Part shown: one piece after another, positions 36,142 through 44,382 of the stretch
Numbering within the stretch: the first letter of the stretch is position 1
Layout of the letters: each line of letters starts with the position of its first letter
DNA from: a virus
Taxonomy: Duplodnaviria; Caudoviricetes
DNA length: 64,000 nucleotides
IMG/VR virus record: IMGVR_UViG_3300002220_003351
Location: 1-64,000 of that record
Direction: 5' to 3' (one strand)
Program-made: the position numbers and the translations under genes
Notes under the pieces: model-generated
Database searches by the model: none
Told to the model about the DNA's origin: nothing
Seen by the model: only the letters and a program-made list of their open reading frames with translations

Positions 36142-37121
36142 TGGATGAGCTCCTCCGAATAGCAGTCAATATCATCGGGCATGCAGTGGCTCAACTGCCC
36201 ACACTCTCCGCAGATCCTGTGCTTCTTCCGGTCCATCTCAAGGTTCATCATCCTGAACTTGTGGAGCTTGGCCCCCTCCCAGATTCTCTTGAACTTCTGC
36301 TTTTTGAGGTCCCCTATAATGAGTTTGCGCTGCCAGTCCAGAAAACAGAGGCTTACGGTCCCGTCGCTGTTGATTGAAAGGGAATAGAAGACATAGGGGC
36401 AGACCTGAACCTCCTTGACCCTGTTCCCGTAGATCCCGATGTCGCTGTCCACCCCTTCGACCTCGTACCCGGGCCAGCAGGGGGCGGTGTGCTCTATGAA
36501 GACCCTGTCGGAGATATCCCCGAAGACCTCGAAGAACCTGTCCCTCTCGGCCTGGGTCATGTTGTCCCCCACGATCTTGACATAGATCAGAAGCTGGCCC
36601 TTGTGCCTGTAAAGGTGCCGGATGGCCTTTACGAACTTCCCGAACTTCAGCTTGTACCCTGTAAAGTGGTAGTAGGCCTCGGAGGACATCCCGTTCACGG
36701 AGATGAAGATCTTGTCCAGGCCCGACTGGACCAATTTCAGATTGAGCCAGGGGGTCAACAGGGAGCCGTTGGTGGTCGTGTCCACCTGCCCGAACCTCCC
36801 GGATTCCTTGGCGTACCGGACCATAGCCGGGAAATTCGGGTTCAGGAGGGGCTCCCCATCCTTATAGAGCCTTAACGTCTTAATCGGCTCCGGCATCTTG
36901 CAGAGGTCGTCGATGATCTTTTTGTAGAGGTCCCATTGCATCAGTTGGGGCTTGCGGATTGTCCGGATCTTCGTCCAGTCCCCCGTGGGGCAGAACCTGC
37001 AATGGAAGTTGCAGATGTCCGAAGGATCCAGGAACACCAGATACGGGGTCGAAAGGGGGATCACCGTCTCCAGCCTCGTCCGCCCCTCAAGCTCTATCCT
37101 CGGCTTAATCTCGGCCTTCAC
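36105..37121 (-). CDS. Radical SAM protein with SPASM/twitch domain
   Basis: ICNFHCRFC, KDGEPLL, TTNGSLL, CPYVFYSLSINSDGTVSLC..CGEC. Confidence 0.9.
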   Translation of the reverse strand: MKAEIKPRIELEGRTRLETVIPLSTPYLVFLDPSDICNFHCRFCPTGDWTKIRTIRKPQLMQWDLYKKIIDDLCKMPEPIKTLRLYKDGEPLLNPNFPAMVRYAKESGRFGQVDTTTNGSLLTPWLNLKLVQSGLDKIFISVNGMSSEAYYHFTGYKLKFGKFVKAIRHLYRHKGQLLIYVKIVGDNMTQAERDRFFEVFGDISDRVFIEHTAPCWPGYEVEGVDSDIGIYGNRVKEVQVCPYVFYSLSINSDGTVSLCFLDWQRKLIIGDLKKQKFKRIWEGAKLHKFRMMNLEMDRKKHRICGECGQLSHCMPDDIDCYSEELIQCLNSRTRNQKR

Positions 37122-37623
37122 CTTTCCCTCCCTTATTCAATCGGGCCACAACCTCATCAACCTTCTTTTCTGATCCAGCGCCTATCCCCCTCCAGAAGAA
37201 CCACAGAAACCTCTCTTCCAAAGCCCATATGTCATGCACCGGATCATACACGGCCTTCCGATATTTCTTCATCACTCCCTCCCTGCATCGAGCATCCCCT
37301 GTATCCGGGCCTTGAGGTCGGCGTTCTCGGCGGCCAATTCCATGACCTTTCACGGGCTCATAGGTTGCCTCAAAGATGTCTGGTTTGCAGGGATACAGTT
37401 CGCCTTTCACTCCTTGAATTATGAAATCTCCCTGATTCGCCCTATGTGTTCCTTCGAGTGTATCAATAAGTAAGACTACGTTAGACGTTCCGCTGTTCTC
37501 AAACCGCACCATACCTGCCTTAATTGCTTCAACTATCCATTCAGGGTCTTCGGTCTGATCTGGGCCTCCTGTCCACTTAAATGCCTCAATCACTACTGGT
37601 TTCTTTCTAAACTTCATGGTCAT
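37105..37623 (-). CDS. KKPVVIEA-family small phage protein, probably plus a separate downstream ORF (MKKYRK...)
   Basis: KFRKKPVVIEA..TLEG...GDFIIQGVKGELYPCKPDIFEATYE; the rest looks like read-through into a second gene. Confidence 0.55.
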   Translation of the reverse strand: MTMKFRKKPVVIEAFKWTGGPDQTEDPEWIVEAIKAGMVRFENSGTSNVVLLIDTLEGTHRANQGDFIIQGVKGELYPCKPDIFEATYEPVKGHGIGRRERRPQGPDTGDARCREGVMKKYRKAVYDPVHDIWALEERFLWFFWRGIGAGSEKKVDEVVARLNKGGKGEGRD

Positions 37624-37817
37624 TCTCCTTTCGTTTCGAGGTATTCTGCTATCAGCTCACAGGTCCGGGCCGGGTCGGTGAGGGCGGCGATCTTATCCGT
37701 AGCATCTCTTAATATGGTTTCTTCGCTGCCAACGCTCACGGCAAGGTCTGTCATTTCGGGATAAACCGCCTTAATGAAGGCATTAACCGTTTCTTGTGAC
37801 GCTTTCGGCTTACTCAT
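37620..37817 (-). CDS. Small hypothetical protein
   Basis: 65 aa, overlaps neighbours, RBS present. Confidence 0.5.
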   Translation of the reverse strand: MSKPKASQETVNAFIKAVYPEMTDLAVSVGSEETILRDATDKIAALTDPARTCELIAEYLETKGE

Positions 37818-38265
37818 CCCCTGCCTCCTTTAGTGCGGCTTTGGCTATCTGCCCATGTTCTTTGCACCCCTGACAATGTGTTGCTCGGCTTCGATATATC
37901 TTCTCCAACGCCCCTTCCAGTTCCTTGACACGGGCGGTCAGGGCGGTGTTTTCAGATACCACTTTTAGGATTCCTGCATCAGAAATCCGTTTTTCGAGGG
38001 CGGCGATCTTATCCCACACAGCCCTCACGACACCGAAAGACATCATAAAATCGTTTGGCTCTGTACCCTCCACTATATCGCTGATTGCATCAAGTAAGGT
38101 GTTGGCTAAAACACATTGATTTTCGATTTCCCGGTTCTCCCGTTCCTTCTCCGCAAGGGCGGCTTCCAATCTCCCAATTTTCTCCCCCATCCGCGCAATA
38201 CAGTAATGAGGATTGGCAATCTGATCTTCCGGATGCACCGTTTTGCAGTATTCACACTCACTCAT
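37810..38265 (-). CDS. Hypothetical coiled-coil protein
   Basis: AGGAGG RBS; heptad repeats; CEYC and CQGC pairs. Confidence 0.6.
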   Translation of the reverse strand: MSECEYCKTVHPEDQIANPHYCIARMGEKIGRLEAALAEKERENREIENQCVLANTLLDAISDIVEGTEPNDFMMSFGVVRAVWDKIAALEKRISDAGILKVVSENTALTARVKELEGALEKIYRSRATHCQGCKEHGQIAKAALKEAGDE

Positions 38266-38561
38266 ACGGCCTCCTTGAACACACTTTGAGGTAGCGTCAA
38301 TCTGGCATTATCAAGAAGCAACGCTCCAAGATTATAAAGTTATTCGGCCTCAGCATTTTTCCATTCATACTTTACTTCGATTTCGCCGCCAGAGATAACC
38401 CACACGGGCCAGCAATACATAATATACAGTTGTCTCATAAAATTAAGCATCTCACCACATCCTCGGCATGATGTAGAATAGTGCAAGCGTCCTTGCACGC
38501 TACGCTTCCGGGCAACCTTTCAAAGGACACTGGCCGCCTTATGGCCAGCATCCTGCTTAAA

Positions 38562-38714
38562 TTAGCCTTTCAGAAATTCATAAATCTTTGTAGCAATAAC
38601 AACAACATCTTCCGGTTTCACGTTATCTCTATTCCCTGCCGCAACATGGGCGCAGTGAATGCCCGAAGCACATCTGATGGCTTCAATTTTCAAGTTTTTT
38701 TCGTTCTCTGCCAT
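38562..38714 (-). CDS. Small hypothetical protein (MAENEKNLKIEA...)
   Basis: AGGAGG RBS; flanked by predicted RNA hairpins. Confidence 0.6.
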   Translation of the reverse strand: MAENEKNLKIEAIRCASGIHCAHVAAGNRDNVKPEDVVVIATKIYEFLKG

Positions 38715-39181
38715 TGTATGTTTCCTCCTTTCCAAGTGTCGCCCCAATTAAGCACGCAAGATAACACGATAAGGCCGTGTCTTCCTCCTAAGTTCAAAGA
38801 TCGGGCGGGGCAGGGAAGTGTCACCCTGCTATCTACTATCCTACGCTTTCGCGCCCGCCCTTTTCGTGTAGGGGGGCGGGGCATCCCTTCTTGCCGCATA
38901 TTAAGGCGTCTGCCTTTCGGCCTCTTTCCAGCAAGTGATCACCCCACCCCTTGGTCGAACAGCTCAATCTGTTTGTGCGCCGTCTTTATGGGCGCTGGCT
39001 TCCGGGGCTCCCTCTGCTTCACCGACTTGGGCGGGTCGGATCTGGAGCACCCATTAAAATACTGCCTGGTGGTGGACCGACAAACGGGCCAGGTCTCCTC
39101 TCGGGTGGTTTCTCCGGGTCAGTTTCAAGATTAACGACCCTGACCCCACCAAAGCACCAACACCCCTCGCACCGCCCGTTC

Positions 39182-39373
39182 TTAAGGGCATCCGCCAGCG
39201 TGATGTAGCTCTTCATCTCGCCCCCCAATAAACAAGAGCTTCCGATAGGCCCCGATGGTCAGTGTCAACTCCCCGGTCTCGACCTGGTACACGTCCACGA
39301 TCTTCCCGTCCCCTCCGTACAGTTTGACCCACCAACAGTCGTTGGCGTAGTCGATCTTCACTGTTCCGGCCAT
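39182..39373 (-). CDS. Small hypothetical protein
   Basis: 63 aa beta-rich, RBS-like AAGGTG. Confidence 0.5.
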   Translation of the reverse strand: MAGTVKIDYANDCWWVKLYGGDGKIVDVYQVETGELTLTIGAYRKLLFIGGRDEELHHAGGCP

Positions 39374-39457
39374 GTCACTTCACCTTCTTTGCTGGTTTGC
39401 GCTTCAAGTGATACCTGGGCATAAATACCTTCACCATCCATCGAATCAGTCGTTCCA

Positions 39458-39680
39458 TCATTCCCTCCCCACCTTAATTCGTTTCCCGTTTCGTTCTATG
39501 AAGATGTTCCCATTCCAGTCAACCAGGAGAACATCCACCCCATGATAACGCATTAACCGGAGCTCATTCTCGGTGACGGGTGTCATCTCCGGCTCCCCCT
39601 TATTGTCCTTGATCAGGCACAAGAGGAACACCCACAGGATCACAAGGAGCGCAATTAGGATCGTCCAGAGCCCTCTTTTC
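39458..39680 (-). CDS. Small membrane-anchored protein
   Basis: MKRGLWTILIALLVILWVFLLCLI N-terminal TM; start approximate. Confidence 0.5.
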
Positions 39681-40116
39681 ATGTCTCGTCCTGCGGCTTC
39701 CCGGTAGGCCGCCAAATAGACCTGAGCTTTTCCTCAAGTTTTGGATAAACACGAAAGATCTCCGCTTGATATTCTTTAGAGAAGCCCGCCACCTTCCCTT
39801 GGTGATAGAGATCAAAATCGGGCTTCCATTTTTCGGGAACTTCAAAAACATAGGTAGCGAACGTGCTATCAAATGAGTCATCGAATGTGGTAATAAACCC
39901 GCTTTGTTTGTATAGCTCCTCTTCTCCATATCCACAATTTCTGTTCCCCCCACCAACTCGTGTGTAGACATGGATTTTCCCATCATATTCAGGGTGCAAC
40001 TCGTCGGATGTAAAACAGTCCCTGAAGCGCGGATACTCGTCTGGATGCTTTCCAAGCATCGGTAGAATAAAAAATGTAGCCGGAGTGACCCCATTAACCA
40101 GGTTGTAAAGACTCAT
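39679..40116 (-). CDS. Hypothetical phage protein
   Basis: 145 aa, GGAGG RBS, YTRVGGGNR and DDSFDSTFA. Confidence 0.65.
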   Translation of the reverse strand: MSLYNLVNGVTPATFFILPMLGKHPDEYPRFRDCFTSDELHPEYDGKIHVYTRVGGGNRNCGYGEEELYKQSGFITTFDDSFDSTFATYVFEVPEKWKPDFDLYHQGKVAGFSKEYQAEIFRVYPKLEEKLRSIWRPTGKPQDET

Positions 40117-40272
40117 CTTTTCCCTCCTCCTTTAAGATCTCTTCCCCCCGTTTGTTGGCACGGACGGGGTCAATAGGGAGAATGATTTCAGTCTCCTCCG
40201 GTCCCACCCACTTATAGAGGGTGACCCTGAACATGGGACCGGACCCGACCTCCGGGACAATTACGGCTTCCA

Positions 40273-40929
40273 TCACTTTCCTTTCTTGGCCTTGCAGAGC
40301 CCTTCCTTTACAGCCCAACAGCTCTCCCTGTATAGGCAATACGCATTCTCCCAGGGGAGAGGGGTGGGCTTGGGGGGCTCCTGCTTCACCCAGGCCTCTA
40401 TAAGGGGTTTCCAGTCGGCGTCCACCTTCTCCCTCGTGAGGAACACCGGGACCTCTTTAATGAGGAGATCGTCCTTTGAGATGTAGGCGATACGGACCTC
40501 GTCTGCCGGGACAGAGATCATGGTGTTGTAGGTCATGGCCTGGTGGTGGTAATGGATGTCGGCCTCTTTGGCGATCCACAAGAACTTGCGGGAGTGGACC
40601 GTCTTGAAGTCGTAGAGAATCCTTTTTCCACTCGACTGGACAATCGCGTCAAGAATCCCGGATCGGTGCTCGTCCTCCACCTTCTGCTCGACGGAGATCA
40701 GGACGCCCTTCTCCTTGAGGATTCCCTGAATCCAGAGGTGGAACAGGTGCCCCACAGCGAAGATCCTGTAGGCCCGGTCGTCAAAGTCCTGATGGGGGGA
40801 GGTTGCCTGCCGTTTCCAGTAACGCATTAAGTGGCAACGCCCTGCATCGGACACATGGAACCTTCCTGAAGACTCCCTGGGGATGGCTCTCTGTTCCGCG
40901 AGGTACTCGTTAATGAACTTCTCGATCAC
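40273..40929 (-). CDS. PD-(D/E)XK (Cas4-like) exonuclease
   Basis: FHVSDAGRC, GHLFH, SGILDAIV, LYDFKT, QAMTY. Confidence 0.8.
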   Translation of the reverse strand: MIEKFINEYLAEQRAIPRESSGRFHVSDAGRCHLMRYWKRQATSPHQDFDDRAYRIFAVGHLFHLWIQGILKEKGVLISVEQKVEDEHRSGILDAIVQSSGKRILYDFKTVHSRKFLWIAKEADIHYHHQAMTYNTMISVPADEVRIAYISKDDLLIKEVPVFLTREKVDADWKPLIEAWVKQEPPKPTPLPWENAYCLYRESCWAVKEGLCKAKKGK

Positions 40930-40952
40930 GACACCCTCCTAAAAAGGTTGCA

Positions 40953-41564
40953 TCAAAACGGGACCTCATCGTCAGGGACCATGTCCGGGACAGGGGGCTC
41001 CCCTCCCGACATCCGGCATTCCCACTCATCGGAAGTCTGGATCAGCTCCTTGATCCAGTCCGGCGTGCTGGAGGGGATGTCCATGTACTCCTGGAATGTG
41101 AAGAACACCAGGGCGTTCTCGTTGTCCCTCTTGGGGAGGCCCTTGGGTGCCGGGAGGATGTTCTCGATGTTGGCGTAGGTCTTCCCGTCGACCACCTTAT
41201 GGATGATCTGGATCTGGCAGTTGGCCCCCAACAGCTTCGTGACATCGAACCCCTTGAGCTCTTCCGGGGTGAACGCCCTCCCCCTCCATCCCTGGAGGTG
41301 CTTGCGGAGGGTGGCCTTCTCGTGGAGGCTGATGTTATACTTCTTGGAGACTACCCTCGGCAGGGACAGGGCCTTCCCGTCCTTCTCGACGTCCATTCTC
41401 TCCTCGGAGAGCTCCCATGCAATCAGCATCTGGTGGGTGTGCTTCCCGAACTTCTCGGAAAAATGAGTCCCGATGTCATAAACCGCGTAGCACACCCCGA
41501 CATGCACCCCTTGCGGAACCGGGGGCAACCTCACCCCATCGTCTTCCTTAACCAGAAATCCCAT
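40953..41564 (-). CDS. Putative phage ssDNA-binding / recombination protein
   Basis: PQGVHVGVCYAVYDIGT, SLHEKATLRKHLQGWRG, KTYANI, acidic C-terminus ending DDEVPF. Confidence 0.7.
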   Translation of the reverse strand: MGFLVKEDDGVRLPPVPQGVHVGVCYAVYDIGTHFSEKFGKHTHQMLIAWELSEERMDVEKDGKALSLPRVVSKKYNISLHEKATLRKHLQGWRGRAFTPEELKGFDVTKLLGANCQIQIIHKVVDGKTYANIENILPAPKGLPKRDNENALVFFTFQEYMDIPSSTPDWIKELIQTSDEWECRMSGGEPPVPDMVPDDEVPF

Positions 41565-41847
41565 TGGACCCTCCCTTCAGTTTCTTAATCAGCCTGTCTA
41601 TGGTTTCGTTGATGGCCACCAGTTCGTCGATGATGTCCTGTTTCTCCGGGTCGTATCCCAGGGCCTTATCCTCGCACTTCTGGCAGAGGCCGCTGTAAAA
41701 GTACCGGGTCTCGTCTGCCTGATTCCGAAAGGTGACCTCATCACCGCACTCGAAGCAGTGATACTTCCCCTCCTGGGGGATTCCGTGGGCCGCAAGGTAA
41801 TCTTTGTTGATCGAGATGATGTCCTCAAAAATTCTCTCTGTTCCCAT
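41548..41847 (-). CDS. Hypothetical protein with zinc ribbon
   Basis: CFECG and CQKCE; AGGAGG RBS; first gene of the leftward operon. Confidence 0.6.
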   Translation of the reverse strand: MGTERIFEDIISINKDYLAAHGIPQEGKYHCFECGDEVTFRNQADETRYFYSGLCQKCEDKALGYDPEKQDIIDELVAINETIDRLIKKLKGGSNGISG

Positions 41848-41887
41848 AACCCCTCCTTTCGTTTACTGTTTCTTTCCCGTTGGCTTC

Positions 41888-41916
41888 CTCATACTATATT
41901 GAAAATGGCTTGTCAA
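41888..41916 (-). promoter_or_regulatory. Leftward sigma70-like promoter
   Basis: TTGACA (complement of 41911-41916), 17 bp, TATGAG. Confidence 0.5.
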
Positions 41917-41947
41917 GCAAAATCTTCATAAAATAAAAAAATATTTC

Positions 41948-41976
41948 TTGACACGGCCTTTATCTCCTGATAAAGA
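41948..41976 (+). promoter_or_regulatory. Rightward sigma70-like promoter
   Basis: TTGACA 41948-41953, 17 bp, TAAAGA; A-tract upstream resembling a UP element. Confidence 0.55.
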
Positions 41977-42001
41977 GCGAATCAAAACGAAAGGAGAAAA
42001 T

Positions 42002-42208
42002 ATGTCCGACCTATTAAAAGACGCTGACACCACGGGGAAAATCAAGGCGTTGCTCGCCGCAAAAGGGCTTGCCTATGATTCCATAGCAACCCTTCTGGGA
42101 ATCACCCTTCCTACAGTCCATAGCCGTTTCGACAAAGGTAACTGGGACCTTGTCGAGCTTCGCAAAATTGCCGAATTCTACAACGTAGACCCAAGAGACC
42201 TTCTTTAG
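42002..42208 (+). CDS. XRE/Cro-like HTH regulator
   Basis: ATG 42002 after AAGGAG; IKALLAAKGL.Y.SIA.LLGITL.TV....K..W.L.EL.KIAEFY.V. Confidence 0.75.
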   Translation: MSDLLKDADTTGKIKALLAAKGLAYDSIATLLGITLPTVHSRFDKGNWDLVELRKIAEFYNVDPRDLL

Positions 42209-42217
42209 GTGGGTATT

Positions 42218-43885
42218 ATGAATCCATTGCTTGACGCGGCAATTCATTATGCCGAGGTGCGGAAGTGGTCAGTAATTCCCCTTTCTCCCGGCGCAAAGAT
42301 CCCCCCCAAAGGATTCTCCGTTATCCCCTTCCGGGAACGGATTGCCACACGCCAGGAAATCGAGGCATGGTGGAAGGAAAACCCTAAATACAATATCGGG
42401 ATCATAACCGGAAAGCTCTCAAACCTCTTCGTCGTGGACCACGACAAGTACAAACCCGAGTATTCCGAAGAGGAGGCATTGAAATATGTCCCGGACAATA
42501 TCATTACCCCCACAGCCACAACCCCCTCCGGGGGGCAACATCAATACTTTACCTTCAGCGGGGCAGAAGGTGCCACCATCAAGGCTGGCTTTGCCCCAGC
42601 GATGGACTATCGGGGCGAGGGCGGCTATATCGTTGCGCCGCCTTCCGTAAATGGCAACAAAAAATGTTACCAGTGGGTTGACGGACTTTCGGTTAGTGAA
42701 GTCGATCCAGTGGAGGTTCCCTCTTCTTTTATAGTATATAATAATTATATAGGTATATATAGGGGTGTTACAAAACTGGAAAAGTTCTCCGAACAAGTTG
42801 TTACGGATGTTACAAAGCGTTACATCTGGGAGGAAGGAACGAGGGATCAAAATCTGTATTATGTGGCTCAATGTTTGAAGGATTGCGGCGCGGAAGATGG
42901 TTATGTTTCCCAGGTATTACGGGCGATTATCCTGTCATGGGGGGAGGTGAACGAAGGGTGGGTTTTGGAGAAGATCAAGAGCGCGGTCACCAAGCTGGCC
43001 AGGAAGGAGAGGAACTGGCAGGAAGACGTCGACCGTTTTATCGCTGTTACAGACGGTACATTTTCGGTTACAGAGTGTTACAGCACGTTACAGGCTGTTA
43101 CAAAGCAAGATAAAGGCGCGGTCAGGATAGCGCTAAACAGAAGAAAAGACAAAACAATTCAAAAGGTTGGAGGAAAGGATGGGGTTTATAGCAAGGTAGA
43201 CCAAAAAATGGAGTTTATCACTTTTACTGAGGATGAGGGCGTAGCTTATCCTGTTACACTCCCGATGGGCCTCGGCAGTCTCGTGAGCACAATGTCAGGA
43301 AACATTATATTGGTGGCCGGGGAGTACAATGCGGGGAAGACGACCTTTTTGATGAATGTCCTCCAGATGAACCGAAACCGCCTTCCGATTCGTTATCTCT
43401 CCAGTGAAATGGATAGCGAGGAGTTCAAGATAAGATTCAGGGGATACGGGCTCCCGATGGAATTTTGGAAGCCTGACGAAATGCTTGATTATGTCAAGCT
43501 GAAAGCAAACAATGATTATCACCATTGCCTGAAGCCGGATGGGTTGAATATAATTGATTATCTTGAGTTCCGGGATTCTGATTATACATTGGGCGCTGAG
43601 ATAATGCGGCAGATACACGATGCCCTTGGTAAGGGGATATGTATTGTGGGGATTCAGAAAAAGGAAGGGACTCGACTCCCCAGATCAGGCGATCTGGTTC
43701 TTGAAAAACCACGATTGGTAATTACCCTTACAAAGGTTCCCGGAGAGAAGGAGATGGTTCTTGCTGAAATCCTAAAAGCAAAGATCCCCAGGATGGGGAA
43801 GTGCGACGGGAAAAAGGCAATATATGAAATTAAAGACCTGGGGTCCAGGTTCAAGGAGGAGCGCCCTTGGGGGTATTGGAAATGA
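42218..43885 (+). CDS. Bifunctional primase-polymerase fused to a RecA-like helicase
   Basis: WSVIPL..GAKIP, YNIGIITG...VVDHD, TPSGGQHQYF, DYRGEGGYIVAPPS; Walker A GEYNAGKT, IIDY. Confidence 0.85.
   Translation: MNPLLDAAIHYAEVRKWSVIPLSPGAKIPPKGFSVIPFRERIATRQEIEAWWKENPKYNIGIITGKLSNLFVVDHDKYKPEYSEEEALKYVPDNIITPTATTPSGGQHQYFTFSGAEGATIKAGFAPAMDYRGEGGYIVAPPSVNGNKKCYQWVDGLSVSEVDPVEVPSSFIVYNNYIGIYRGVTKLEKFSEQVVTDVTKRYIWEEGTRDQNLYYVAQCLKDCGAEDGYVSQVLRAIILSWGEVNEGWVLEKIKSAVTKLARKERNWQEDVDRFIAVTDGTFSVTECYSTLQAVTKQDKGAVRIALNRRKDKTIQKVGGKDGVYSKVDQKMEFITFTEDEGVAYPVTLPMGLGSLVSTMSGNIILVAGEYNAGKTTFLMNVLQMNRNRLPIRYLSSEMDSEEFKIRFRGYGLPMEFWKPDEMLDYVKLKANNDYHHCLKPDGLNIIDYLEFRDSDYTLGAEIMRQIHDALGKGICIVGIQKKEGTRLPRSGDLVLEKPRLVITLTKVPGEKEMVLAEILKAKIPRMGKCDGKKAIYEIKDLGSRFKEERPWGYWK
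42727..43258 (+). repeat. AT-rich tract plus 10-bp-phased GTTACA iterons: candidate replication origin inside the primase-helicase gene
   Basis: AT tract 42727-42761; GTTACA at 42767, 42809, 42819, 43046, 43067, 43077, 43087, 43097, 43253; variants at 42800 and 43055. Confidence 0.7.
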
Positions 43886-44088
43886 AAAGGCTATATCGCG
43901 GGGTGTTCAATTATCGCGCAGGGATCGAAACGCAATATGCAAAAGCGCATTCGCCGCAGCAAGCCAAGGTGTTTATGATGCGGAGGCTGGCCATAAAGCA
44001 CGATGTATCTTACCAAATAGTATTCGGGATGTTCGATGGCAGCAAGCCGAATTTCATTATTGAGGAGGAGCGAGAAGATGTTAGATAA
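43882..44088 (+). CDS. Small hypothetical protein
   Basis: ATGA overlap with the primase stop. Confidence 0.55.
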   Translation: MKRLYRGVFNYRAGIETQYAKAHSPQQAKVFMMRRLAIKHDVSYQIVFGMFDGSKPNFIIEEEREDVR

Positions 44089-44320
44089 AAATTCAGCGGA
44101 TTTTGAAGAATATCTTTGGGAGTGGGTTGAGTATCTAACGCGAAGAAGCGATGGTCATTTTACCCTTATGAAATTCACAACTCATTGGAAGGCAATGTTT
44201 TTTACCCCGAGTCTTGACGGGAGAAACGGAGGGGTTGAAGTGCGCGATGTCCCTCCGGGGCTGACACGACAGGAGGCATTGATAATAGCCATTGCCGAGA
44301 TGTTGAAAAAAGAGGGGTAA
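44078..44320 (+). CDS. Small hypothetical protein
   Basis: ATG after GGAGGAG; in-frame part of track ORF 44036..44320. Confidence 0.55.
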   Translation: MLDKNSADFEEYLWEWVEYLTRRSDGHFTLMKFTTHWKAMFFTPSLDGRNGGVEVRDVPPGLTRQEALIIAIAEMLKKEG

Positions 44321-44382
44321 TGGAAGGGAGCCTTTGCTGGAGTGTGTATTAAGGGCTTTGCGCAAGTCATAGGAGGTGAACC

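Noticed and set aside
37105-37623. 172-aa ORF as a genuine fusion protein
   Set aside because: The family domain ends at TYEPV, the middle reads as off-frame sequence, and the last part has its own RBS and ATG. More likely two genes joined by a deletion or chance read-through.
38880-38935. c-di-GMP-I riboswitch resemblance (GGAAA...GAAA...GACGC)
   Set aside because: The second stem and GCAAAGC consensus are missing; kept only as an unassigned structured RNA.
40273-40929. Cas4-like gene as evidence of a CRISPR system
   Set aside because: No array or other cas genes; it sits beside an SSB-like gene as a typical phage recombination exonuclease.
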